Positions 35,021-43,051 of a stretch of 43,051 nt of DNA are shown here, piece by piece (within the stretch, counting starts at the first letter, position 1; every line of letters starts with the position of its first letter). The DNA comes from a virus. Taxonomy: Duplodnaviria; Caudoviricetes. A program made the translations under genes and the position numbers. Below the pieces are notes generated by a model. It saw nothing but the letters and a program-made list of their open reading frames with translations, had not been told where the DNA came from and did no database searches. The stretch is taken from the IMG/VR virus record IMGVR_UViG_3300036833_000040, positions 1 to 43,051 of that record. One strand, 5' to 3'.

Positions 35021-35598
35021 CCTGTCGCCTTCAGCGCCCTTAGCGCATCATCTCTCGCTACGTTCACTCTTGCAAAATCTTCACTGGTGGCGTTCGTTGC
35101 GTGGAGCTTCCGCACCAGATCGCGATGAACTAGCGTCACCAGATGCTGTGCGCTCATCGGAGGTATATCAAGCACCTTCCAGCAATCTTCTCCCTCCGAA
35201 GCCGTCTCCGGCAAGCCCTTAAATCCAGAAAATGCGCGCTCCATCATCTCCGAGGTTCCCCACCGCTCGATACCGCGCATCGCTTCGATAGTCTTGGCAA
35301 TGGCCAGCAGGTTGTCGCGCACCAGATCGAACTTGTCACAAGCGAAGACGTAAGGCTTCTCCTCGCGCTGGAAGTACACAGCGACGCCGGGATCGACCGG
35401 CTCACGATCAGCCCGCATCGAGCCGTCAGCCTTCAGCGGCACATTGGAGGAGATCACCAGATATCGGCCACCGAGACGCCGCACCTCGCCGTTGAGCAGC
35501 GATAGAGCTTTGGTCGTACTGGTATCGAACGCAGACGAGATCTGGCGTAGGCTCCGAACCCGGCCCTGTGGCCACGCCAAGGGGAAGGCTTCAACCAT
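35017..35598 (-). CDS. phage protein with degenerate C-terminal J-domain
   Basis: AFPLAWP.G, ISSNVP, DPGVAVYF, NL.AIA.TIEAMRGIERWG; HPD replaced by HAT. Confidence 0.8.
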   Translation of the reverse strand: MVEAFPLAWPQGRVRSLRQISSAFDTSTTKALSLLNGEVRRLGGRYLVISSNVPLKADGSMRADREPVDPGVAVYFQREEKPYVFACDKFDLVRDNLLAIAKTIEAMRGIERWGTSEMMERAFSGFKGLPETASEGEDCWKVLDIPPMSAQHLVTLVHRDLVRKLHATNATSEDFARVNVARDDALRALKATG

Positions 35599-35661
35599 TA
35601 AACTCCTCGTTATTCATGGTCGGCATATTAGCATAAAATAGTAACCAGAGGTCACTCACCA

Positions 35662-36000
35662 ATGCTTCTCGCTCTCGCTCTTTCAACCTTCGCCGGTATT
35701 TACAACGTTGGACCAAAACCAGATGCACTCGTTGCCGCCTGTAAAGAAGTTCGCTTCGTACAGGGCAAGACGCAGAACGCCCAGATGTGTCTCTCCTACG
35801 TCGCCGGAGTCGTCGACGGCCAGCAGTTTATGATGCAGGAGCATTTTCCCATCTGCTTCCCACCCCAAGTCTCACTCGAACAGATGGTCAACGCCGTCCT
35901 GAAGTATGCCGAAACCCATCCGGAAGTGATGCGCGAAAAAGGTAGCGCCCCTCTGGTGACGAAGGCCATTGAAGACGCCTTCCCCTGCTCTGCCAAATAG
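35662..36000 (+). CDS. Rap1a/Tai-like immunity protein
   Basis: signal peptide; L..AC, C.SY..GV.D, ICFP, Q....V.KY...HPE, AFPC. Confidence 0.8.
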   Translation: MLLALALSTFAGIYNVGPKPDALVAACKEVRFVQGKTQNAQMCLSYVAGVVDGQQFMMQEHFPICFPPQVSLEQMVNAVLKYAETHPEVMREKGSAPLVTKAIEDAFPCSAK

Positions 36001-36480
36001 CCGCCATCCGCTTTGGCTTCGTCTAGGAGACGTCGCCAGCCCTCCGAGGTGGGGTAATACACCCCGAATCGCTCCTATACGATTTTAGCCATTCCATTTC
36101 GAATCATGCCTACTGATCAAATAGTTGGCTGTAAGTAAGCTTTAGCTTTGCGATGGCCCTGTCACGCGCAGCTTCGTTTTGCTCATGCCGTCGCTCAGCG
36201 GTGATCTGCTTCTGTAGCTCCAGTGTGGGCTTGTAGAATACCTGCAACTCCCGTAGCCGCTCTCGCTTGTGATATTCACAGCGCAGTTTGAAGCGGGGTA
36301 TATCTATACCGCAGTCGATGCATCGAGCCGACACCTCAAAGCCGCAACCGCTAGCTAAGCAGCGGTAGCTGTTGTAATACTTGCAAAGGTGCCTCTGTTT
36401 ACACTTGGGACAGAAAACAACAAACTCGCCTTGTAGCACCAGCCCTTTGACCCACGTAATACCAGTTGGAAGTTTATCTC

Positions 36481-36756
36481 TCAAGTGCCAGCTGTCTTCC
36501 TCTCTAGCGTCTTCAGAAACTCCTCGGTATCGTCCGGGCATCCGGCTTGAATCCACCCACTGGTCAGTTCAGCTATGTTGTCGGCGTGACGATACAGGCC
36601 GGGGATATGATCTCTGAGGCTGTGGACGACGTAGAGCAGTTGCAGGAGGCCGCGAGGGTTTCTGTCAAACATCGTCAGTACCTTCGCGTATCGCTCCTGC
36701 CCGTCTCGTACAAACAACTCGGCCGCTTGGCGCATCTCCTGTCTGTCCATAGCCAC
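36481..36756 (-). CDS. hypothetical protein
   Basis: helical ORF in early block. Confidence 0.55.
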   Translation of the reverse strand: MAMDRQEMRQAAELFVRDGQERYAKVLTMFDRNPRGLLQLLYVVHSLRDHIPGLYRHADNIAELTSGWIQAGCPDDTEEFLKTLERKTAGT

Positions 36757-36761
36757 CTTAA

Positions 36762-37115
36762 TCAGCGCGTGCCTACTGTCTTCGCACCAAAAAAGCTTTT
36801 GATGTTTCCGATAGACTCCAAGGACGCATCTACTGGCTCGTGCCGAGCGTTGTCACTGGATACCTTTTCCACTCGTCCGGTACAACGATACTCCTTCACC
36901 CGCTCGACTACATCCTCAGCAGTAAAACGCGAAAATCTCTTCGCCTCCTCGATCTTCGTCGTGTGCTTAAGATAGTCCTTGCCGTTGTGTCGCGTAAAGG
37001 CTTCAACGTATAGGCAAAATTTCCCATTTTTAGCTTTCAGCGCAACAATGAAATTGGCTTCAACCGGCTGACTGAAATCAGCCGCCTTTTTTTCCGTAGT
37101 CACTACCATCGCCAA
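36762..37115 (-). CDS. hypothetical protein
   Basis: GAGGAG RBS; first gene after an AT-rich region. Confidence 0.6.
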   Translation of the reverse strand: MAMVVTTEKKAADFSQPVEANFIVALKAKNGKFCLYVEAFTRHNGKDYLKHTTKIEEAKRFSRFTAEDVVERVKEYRCTGRVEKVSSDNARHEPVDASLESIGNIKSFFGAKTVGTR

Positions 37116-37176
37116 TGTGTGCTCCTCTCTACGTTTTCTTAAAGACCTTTGGAAAAATCGCGCAAGATAGTACCAA

Positions 37177-37196
37177 ATAGTTTGCTAACAAACTAT
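37177..37196. promoter_or_regulatory. operator-like inverted repeat ATAGTTTG-CTAA-CAAACTAT
   Basis: perfect 8-bp arms in AT-rich intergenic region. Confidence 0.5.
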
Positions 37197-37321
37197 AGAC
37201 AACAAATATACGCTTATGGATGTATACACAAGTCGCCATCATGCCACAGGTAGTATCCTTACAGGAACCCCTGTACCAGTGGAAAATTAGCCTAAAACGT
37301 ATCAGCGATTGAAGTTGCGAT

Positions 37322-37759
37322 TCAAAACGGTATGTCATCATCGTCGATATCAACGCCGTGGGCATTCGGTACAACCGAACGCTCTGCCACAGGAGCCGAC
37401 TGACGGCCGTTCTCTCCCTCTCTAGCCCCACCGAGCATGATCAGTTCGTTCACCAGAACCTCGGTGCGATACTTCTTCGTCCCTGTCGCGTCATCATCCC
37501 ACGAGCGCGTCTGGATCTTCCCTTCAACATAGACCTGAGAGCCCTTCGAGAGGTAATCCCTGCAAATTTCAGCGGTGCGGTTGAAAGCCACTAGATTGTG
37601 CCACTCCGTCATATCCTGCCAGTCGCCGTGCGGATCTTTTCTTCGGTCACTCGTCGCCAGCGAGAACGTCGCAATGATCGTTCCACCCTGAGTTGCACGA
37701 ATCTCAGGGTCCTTACCCAAGTGACCTAATAGCGTTGCCTTGTTGATACTTCTGCTCAT
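37322..37759 (-). CDS. ssb: single-stranded DNA-binding protein
   Basis: SINKATLLGHLGKDPE, TEWH, VYVEGKIQTRSW, C-terminal DDDIPF. Confidence 0.96.
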   Translation of the reverse strand: MSRSINKATLLGHLGKDPEIRATQGGTIIATFSLATSDRRKDPHGDWQDMTEWHNLVAFNRTAEICRDYLSKGSQVYVEGKIQTRSWDDDATGTKKYRTEVLVNELIMLGGAREGENGRQSAPVAERSVVPNAHGVDIDDDDIPF

Positions 37760-37780
37760 GCTCTCTCCTGTGTGTTTAGT

Positions 37781-38041
37781 TTATAAAATGGAGTCGAACG
37801 CCAGATCCGGCTCCAGTTCCATTGCCCGGGCTGCGTCCCGGTCTGCCTGCTCTGCTTTTGCCCTAAGACTCCTCGCTGCGCCGACGTCCTTGGGGTGGGT
37901 ACTCGTGTGAATGATCTCATCTGCAATAATTTTAGATTGATCAGAAAACTCCTGAAACACCTGATAAATCTCTTTAGGTTTACTGGTGACGTACAGACTC
38001 TCATCGTGCGCTGGGCCTACTACAATCAACATAGTCATCAC
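37781..38041 (-). CDS. hypothetical protein
   Basis: AAGGA RBS. Confidence 0.5.
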   Translation of the reverse strand: MMTMLIVVGPAHDESLYVTSKPKEIYQVFQEFSDQSKIIADEIIHTSTHPKDVGAARSLRAKAEQADRDAARAMELEPDLAFDSIL

Positions 38042-38161
38042 GCCTTATTCCTTTCGGTTATCTCTGAATTGAAATTAGACCGACAATTCCTCCCCGCAAA
38101 ATACGACAGGGTGAAACAAGAATTTGCGCAGTATAGCCTAAAACAGCCTGTGGAGGCCTTT

Positions 38162-38659
38162 TTATGCTGCCGAACCCGTTACCGATTCGAGCGGCAGTTC
38201 GCGCTGCGACTCGAAGGCTTTAAAGAAGATCGTGCCGCGCAGATTGCGTAGCGCCCACGTCACCAGATCATCGCCAAAATTCCCTTCGGCGCGAACCGTG
38301 GTGCGGAAGACGAGAAAGAGATCATCCGAGGGACCATCCTTCGGCGTCGGCCTGAAGATGTGCATACCCACCAGAAGCGCGTTCGGAATCGAGATGCGCG
38401 GATTGTTCTGTTCCGGCAGATCGTATATCTCCAGCGTCTGCGAGTAGGACGTTGAGATCGTTCCCTCAGTCAAACCATCTTCCAGATTGCCGATAGCATT
38501 CGCCGTCTTGCGCAGGGCATCAGGCAGAGCGTCGATCAGTTCTTCGGTCAAAGGGATCTCGAAGTCCAGCCGGACTCTTCGCTCCATCTCCGTGTTGCAC
38601 TTCGGTCTCCAGTCGCGCAGCGTCCCGGTGATCGTCCCTTCGCTTTCGAATATCTGCAT
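38162..38659 (-). CDS. hypothetical protein
   Basis: start MQIFES at 38659 with AAGGAG RBS. Confidence 0.65.
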   Translation of the reverse strand: MQIFESEGTITGTLRDWRPKCNTEMERRVRLDFEIPLTEELIDALPDALRKTANAIGNLEDGLTEGTISTSYSQTLEIYDLPEQNNPRISIPNALLVGMHIFRPTPKDGPSDDLFLVFRTTVRAEGNFGDDLVTWALRNLRGTIFFKAFESQRELPLESVTGSAA

Positions 38660-38806
38660 TGCGGCTCTCCTTGGTTTGATACAGGATGAGATTAACCGCT
38701 CCACACTCCGCGCAGTCGAAGAAGCGGACGATCAGCGAATAGCTGACGCTTCGATCCTCTTTGCCACAGGCAGGGCAGAACATAAGTTGCTCTCTCAGCA
38801 GCGATT

Positions 38807-39319
38807 TTAACTCACTCTTTGGAGATCAGACAAGGAATTTGTTAGTATTCCAAACTGTTTTTCGTGCCGCCCGTTCATACTGGCACGGAGTCGCAGATAG
38901 GCCGAGCCATTCTTCATCCGGCCCAGCATATCGTTCGCATCCTGCGGACTCAGATACTCGACCGAGAACTGGATCAGCAGCCTGAATCCATCCTCGCTCA
39001 TAGCCCCCTTGGCGCTGTTGCAAGCTTCGCAGCACAGCGCAAGGTTCTCCAGCGAGATCGCACCGCCGAACTTCAACGGCTCACGATGGTCGGTCACGAA
39101 GGTCTGCACGTTCATCAGCCGCGTACAGTACGCACACTGAATCACCGAGTCCCAATTGCCGCCGAAGGCATCGAGCACCCACTCGCGATACTCGGCATAG
39201 GAGAACGGCAGCGTGAGCTTCAGCTTACGCTTGACGCGATTCGCCATCGCCCAGTAGACGCTGCGCGTGTGCTCGTCGAAGATCGCCTCCAGCCCCGTCT
39301 TGATCGCACGGCTTCGCAT
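38807..39319 (-). CDS. HNH endonuclease
   Basis: CAYC, DH..P...GG, NL..CCEACN..KG. Confidence 0.85.
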   Translation of the reverse strand: MRSRAIKTGLEAIFDEHTRSVYWAMANRVKRKLKLTLPFSYAEYREWVLDAFGGNWDSVIQCAYCTRLMNVQTFVTDHREPLKFGGAISLENLALCCEACNSAKGAMSEDGFRLLIQFSVEYLSPQDANDMLGRMKNGSAYLRLRASMNGRHEKQFGILTNSLSDLQRVS

Positions 39320-39641
39320 ACATTAAGTTTACCTCCTGTAGCCAGCACGTTAGCTCTCCCCCGGTGGGATCGACGCCCGTCAACCGGGCGAAGCGAATTG
39401 CCTCCGGTGCTGGCTTAGATGACCTTCGATGCCTCCGCGAATTGCAGTCTCTACAGGCCCCAACGATGTTAGGCCATCGCCTTGATCCATTCAGAGACCG
39501 TGGACGGATATGCTCACGCGTAAACAGGTGAACTTCGTTTCCGTTATATCCGCTCCACGCGAGAAAACATTCGCAGCCACACCAATAACACCGCCCTCCC
39601 TGATGGTCAAAGAGGAAATTTATCCGGTTAATAAACTGCAT
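39225..39641 (-). CDS. HNH endonuclease
   Basis: Q.GRCYWC, TREHI.PRS..G, NIVGAC..CN..R. Confidence 0.8.
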   Translation of the reverse strand: MQFINRINFLFDHQGGRCYWCGCECFLAWSGYNGNEVHLFTREHIRPRSLNGSRRWPNIVGACRDCNSRRHRRSSKPAPEAIRFARLTGVDPTGGELTCWLQEVNLMYAKPCDQDGAGGDLRRAHAQRLLGDGESRQA

Positions 39642-39667
39642 TTGCTTATTAGTATAATATTTGTAAA

Positions 39668-39925
39668 ATGCACGATTACCTCATGCTCGGAATTGCACTC
39701 GCCTCTCCATTCGTGGCGATCTTGGTTGGATACTTTCTTAACTCATCTCGCGTCGATCGACTGGAAACACGCATGGACTCCGGATTCAACGCCGTCAATG
39801 CTAGGGTCGATTCGCTACGCACCGAAATGTCTACCGAGATGCGAGCGATTCGCGGCGATATAAACATGCTGACAAAAATGTATGGAGAACACGGTGAGCG
39901 TATCGCTCGACTTGAGCCGAAGTAA
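39668..39925 (+). CDS. N-terminal membrane anchor + coiled-coil protein (paralog C)
   Basis: TM helix, heptads, ends HGERIARLE; TATAAT at 39653-39658. Confidence 0.75.
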   Translation: MHDYLMLGIALASPFVAILVGYFLNSSRVDRLETRMDSGFNAVNARVDSLRTEMSTEMRAIRGDINMLTKMYGEHGERIARLEPK

Positions 39926-39930
39926 TTATC

Positions 39931-40143
39931 TCACCGCTTACGCCTGAATCTTTCCGGCTCCTTACACGTCGCATAGTGCGAGACAGCCTGCGAATCATCA
40001 GTCGGCATCACGTTCATGGGGATGCGCTTCTGCTGCGGCGTCATCCAGAACTCAATCACAACCGGGCAGCTGCGGCAGCGGTCCCTGCCCGCAGGCGTGT
40101 AGCCCTGCGCCACCATCTCGCGTCTGTTCTTAGGAAAGCTCAT
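39931..40143 (-). CDS. small Zn-binding hypothetical protein
   Basis: CRSC...SHYATC. Confidence 0.7.
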   Translation of the reverse strand: MSFPKNRREMVAQGYTPAGRDRCRSCPVVIEFWMTPQQKRIPMNVMPTDDSQAVSHYATCKEPERFRRKR

Positions 40144-40343
40144 CGTTGATGAAGGAAGAGGTGAATCACCTTGTCCGTCGTACTGCGGTGTCGCTTGATG
40201 TAATCCTTGGCATCGTTGCGCGAACGCCCCGCCTTGCTGAACGCAATCGCGATGGCCTGCTTCTGGTCGTATTTTCCAGTCCGCATCAACTCGGCTATAT
40301 TTTTACTGATCGTCTCGTCCGAGCTTCCCTCAAGCAGTGGCAT
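40140..40343 (-). CDS. 67-aa MPL..GSS..TIS.NI.EL-type phage protein with AKD/TTD and C-terminal IHLFLH
   Basis: GGAGG RBS, ATG 40343; [20 protein letters not shown]...[11 protein letters not shown]. Confidence 0.75.
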   Translation of the reverse strand: MPLLEGSSDETISKNIAELMRTGKYDQKQAIAIAFSKAGRSRNDAKDYIKRHRSTTDKVIHLFLHQR

Positions 40344-40713
40344 GGCTCTCCTCCCAATTCCACTGAGCTCCACTCCACTGCTCCGCTTCCGCTTTCGTAA
40401 TCGCCTTCCAACTCGGGTAGTCAAGCGTCCCATCCCTCCTGCGATCAAACTTCACCAGATCGAAGGTCTCCTTCTCCAGATCGTCGTAGTGCTCGATGAC
40501 GATCAATCGCTCTGCGTCTAGCTCCAAGTGCGCGATCAGGGCGTTGACCAGATTCTCGATAGAGTTCGTCACCGACGCGCAGTGAAATTGTTCACTACGA
40601 TCCGTCGCTACCACCGTAGTCCAGTTGTCACAGGTGAAGACGCGGACGCGATGCCGCGCCGTCCGCTTCCGGCTATCCGTAAACGTGAAGTTGAACTCTC
40701 TTAGCTCTGACAC
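40330..40713 (-). CDS. hypothetical protein
   Basis: SVTNSIE, VIEHY, FDLV.F, P.WK motifs. Confidence 0.7.
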   Translation of the reverse strand: MSELREFNFTFTDSRKRTARHRVRVFTCDNWTTVVATDRSEQFHCASVTNSIENLVNALIAHLELDAERLIVIEHYDDLEKETFDLVKFDRRRDGTLDYPSWKAITKAEAEQWSGAQWNWEESHATA

Positions 40714-40715
40714 GG

Positions 40716-41036
40716 CTACACCTCCATGAACTCGGACTCTTTTCCGGTAACCGGAAAATAGGTGACTTCGGACTTACGCTTACTTCGCGGCAGACCGTGG
40801 CCGCAGTAGCGACAAGATCCTTTACTCTGCTCCCACCTTCTGAGCCTGCGCCGATCTGACTGACACTCCGGAGAGCAGGTCTCTGATCCGCGATGGGCGC
40901 GGCCTTCGGGAATATTACCGAGACAAAGCCCCAGCTTCACCCTGTCTTCCGTGGCCATCGTGCAGCGTTGCCGAATCGTACCACCGCCCTTGATAACGCG
41001 AATCTCGTTCTTGAGCCAACTCTCGCGCAGCGTCAT
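40716..41036 (-). CDS. Cys-rich hypothetical protein
   Basis: TCSPEC, CRYC. Confidence 0.55.
   Translation of the reverse strand: MTLRESWLKNEIRVIKGGGTIRQRCTMATEDRVKLGLCLGNIPEGRAHRGSETCSPECQSDRRRLRRWEQSKGSCRYCGHGLPRSKRKSEVTYFPVTGKESEFMEV
40740..40758. repeat. dispersed palindrome copy 5 (TTTTCCGG-TAA-CCGGAAAA)
   Basis: inside the 3' end of a CDS, 27 bp upstream of next start. Confidence 0.85.
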
Positions 41037-41193
41037 TACTCATCTCCCGCTAATGACTCACGCACACAGTCGCACAGCGTTCGTGTCGTTGCTTCTCGAT
41101 TGCCCGATAGCTCGGCCCACCGCTCCGACTTTTCGTTACTCCACGAGCCGCCTTCGTGGAACAGCAGTACCAGTTCCAACGCGTCGCGCATCT

Positions 41194-41505
41194 TCATACC
41201 AGACTCCAGAAATCGACATTCTCTGGTGGCAGAACCTGACGGCCGTCGACGGCGTGGAAGACGAGAAAATCGCTGACGTCGGTGATGCGGACCTCGTGGC
41301 CTTCGCGCATCGTCTCTTCGGCCAACTGCTTCGCCTGTACTACGTCGATCTGCTCATCCGGCCAGCGAATCTCACCTGACGTAAACCACTGTGCGCCACT
41401 GTGGTAGCCATCGGCGCCGAAGCGATAGAGCCGATACATATCGCCCTTAACAGGCTCGGCGTGGATAAGTTTGGTCAAATGAAACTCGTTTACGATCTCA
41501 GACAT
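41194..41505 (-). CDS. hypothetical protein
   Basis: EVRITD..DFLVFH motif. Confidence 0.65.
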   Translation of the reverse strand: MSEIVNEFHLTKLIHAEPVKGDMYRLYRFGADGYHSGAQWFTSGEIRWPDEQIDVVQAKQLAEETMREGHEVRITDVSDFLVFHAVDGRQVLPPENVDFWSLV

Positions 41506-41842
41506 TGAGTACCTTTCTTGGAACTGATTTTGAATTGTGCCTCTGTTGGTGACAATAGCGACATAGACATTCTAAAGCGTTGGGGTGATCATCTCTCTTC
41601 CCTGCCCCGCGTCCGCGCTTGTGGTGGGGATCTCCATCGGCAGCATTAACGCAACACCGCTCACAGTGATTCTCGGCCCGCGCCCGACACGCGGCAACCG
41701 CTCTCGCCCATGCCGTCTCCGTCAGGCAGATCTCGCGATACCCGCGAGGGTTGGAGGAGTCCGGTATTCGCTGGACTCCCTCAACCACCGGGTATTTATT
41801 GAACCGTGGCTGACGCCTGCGACTTCGCGGAAGATTCGACAT
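41498..41842 (-). CDS. HNH endonuclease-like protein
   Basis: start MSNLPR at 41842; CERC, HH.RGRG, CLCRYCH...H. Confidence 0.75.
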   Translation of the reverse strand: MSNLPRSRRRQPRFNKYPVVEGVQRIPDSSNPRGYREICLTETAWARAVAACRARAENHCERCCVNAADGDPHHKRGRGAGKRDDHPNALECLCRYCHQQRHNSKSVPRKVLNV

Positions 41843-42902
41843 AGTGTTTCTTGTGAAAGAAGCAATACTCGGAACCTTTGACTGAGGGTGCGCCACAGCG
41901 AACGCCGTCGCCCTTGGTATGCCGGCAGATCGGGATAGTGGTCGCCTCTCCTGACACTTCCAGATGGTCGTCGTCATCCTCGTCCTCGCCTTCGTCTTCA
42001 GACTTCGCATCATCCTCATCTTCGTCTTCGTCATCATCAGTCTCTGGACCAACGGCGTCTTCTGTCATCGTGATCGCATGAACTGCTTCAGCGTTGCGAA
42101 CTCTCATCATCTCTTCGTAGTCCTTCAGCGTCGAAGCGAGAAAGTCGCCCACCAGTGCGCCGATGATGTAGTCGTCCTTCGACTGGCCGCGATCTCGCTC
42201 GTGGCCCTCGCCAAGAAACATGATGATCTCGATAGCCTTTTCCAGATTCGAGTTCGTCGTGCCTGCGATGTAGAAGGTGCGTTTGACCTGCACCTCGGCC
42301 TCGAACTCACTCGTCGCCTGCGGCTCGGACCGCTTGCCCATGTCCAACGTCTGCGCCTCGACGACCTCTTCGATGAAGCGATGAACCGGCAGCGTCTTAG
42401 CTTGCTCGATCAGGAATGGCGTGATCTCCATCCCCTGCTTCTTCATCCGCGCCAAGCCCTCGGCGTTGTCGCGGCTCATCTCGCGTACATCATCCTTCGA
42501 TACGGCGGGATTCTCGCCGCTCGTCAACTCGCGCACGATACGCATCGCCTGAAAGATCTGAGTACGCGAACGATCCGGATAACGCGCCTTGAGATAGTCG
42601 GGAAACATACCGAAGCCAAGAGCACGGTGATAGCCCTTGTCGTGCATCTCCGCAAACATCTCACCGAGAACGACGAAATCCTTCTCGATACGATCGATGG
42701 TCTTGACGATCTTCTCGTCGAGTCGCTGCGCCTCGCGCACAACTATCTTCGAGTGCTGCTCGATGAGGTCGCCCTTGGCTACGGTTGCAAGGTCGGTTGT
42801 GGTCTCGTGCTCGGTAGCGATGGGAGATTTGGCCTTTGGTTTCGCTGTCGCGGTTGCGGTACTGCGTGGGGTTGTCTTGCGTATTCCTTTGCCTTCGGCC
42901 AT
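41796..42902 (-). CDS. hypothetical protein with helical DNA-binding-like region, acidic tract and C-terminal CCCH finger
   Basis: AAGGAG RBS; GYHRALGF..F.DY....Y; D/E tract; C...KG.G.RC......S.YC.FH. Confidence 0.7.
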   Translation of the reverse strand: MAEGKGIRKTTPRSTATATAKPKAKSPIATEHETTTDLATVAKGDLIEQHSKIVVREAQRLDEKIVKTIDRIEKDFVVLGEMFAEMHDKGYHRALGFGMFPDYLKARYPDRSRTQIFQAMRIVRELTSGENPAVSKDDVREMSRDNAEGLARMKKQGMEITPFLIEQAKTLPVHRFIEEVVEAQTLDMGKRSEPQATSEFEAEVQVKRTFYIAGTTNSNLEKAIEIIMFLGEGHERDRGQSKDDYIIGALVGDFLASTLKDYEEMMRVRNAEAVHAITMTEDAVGPETDDDEDEDEDDAKSEDEGEDEDDDDHLEVSGEATTIPICRHTKGDGVRCGAPSVKGSEYCFFHKKHYVESSAKSQASATVQ

Positions 42903-43051
42903 GAGATTAAAACTCCTTCGGGTGAAACATTCTCTTTACTCGTTCGATACTAATACAGCAATTGATGAATCACTTCGCCCGAAGAATTTTCTCCAGAAGG
43001 CCACCAAGATCGCCACCCCCGGAGTCCGGCTCGATCATCTTGCCGACGGCG

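Noticed and set aside
2303-40758. Palindromes as CRISPR repeats or IS ends
   Set aside because: Copies are kilobases apart with no spacer array, cas gene or transposase
41964-42953. Long + strand ORFs antisense to real genes (also 2368-3141, 14517-15314, 15777-16487)
   Set aside because: Shadow ORFs of GC-rich coding sequence with no recognisable motifs
1-43051. tRNA, rRNA, reverse transcriptase/DGR, alternative genetic code
   Set aside because: None recognised by eye; core genes are intact in the standard code and use all three stop codons

Overview
Most of a myovirus-type (contractile-tail) phage genome, about 60% GC, with most genes on the minus strand. Read right to left it has an early/accessory block (HNH nucleases, SSB, J-domain protein, Rap1a-like moron), then TerS-like, TerL and the DUF1073-type portal. 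An accessory block of about 11.7 kb separates the portal from the rest of the head genes; it holds a ParB-like protein plus a glycosyltransferase, a serine recombinase, a multi-C2H2 zinc-finger protein, an HTH protein, an inverted holin-endolysin pair and a fibre-like pair. After it come Mu-gpF, DUF2213 protease/scaffold, decoration protein, DUF2184 capsid, neck, DUF3383 sheath, DUF3277 tube, a tail chaperone with a -1 frameshift, a tape measure with a lysozyme domain, and the baseplate. Family calls are from motif recognition and synteny, not database searches. The most interesting signal is a candidate capsid-cargo system: a 249-aa modular protein cut into four small domains by four exact RKAKD linkers and starting with HLHLH. 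The same RKAKD and an HIHIH occur in the prohead protease/scaffold, and related motifs occur in two other small proteins. Also notable are a 19-21 bp palindrome at five dispersed sites, five short coiled-coil moron-like genes and six leaderless promoters with an exact 6-nt spacer. The host may be Acidobacteriota (weak inference).
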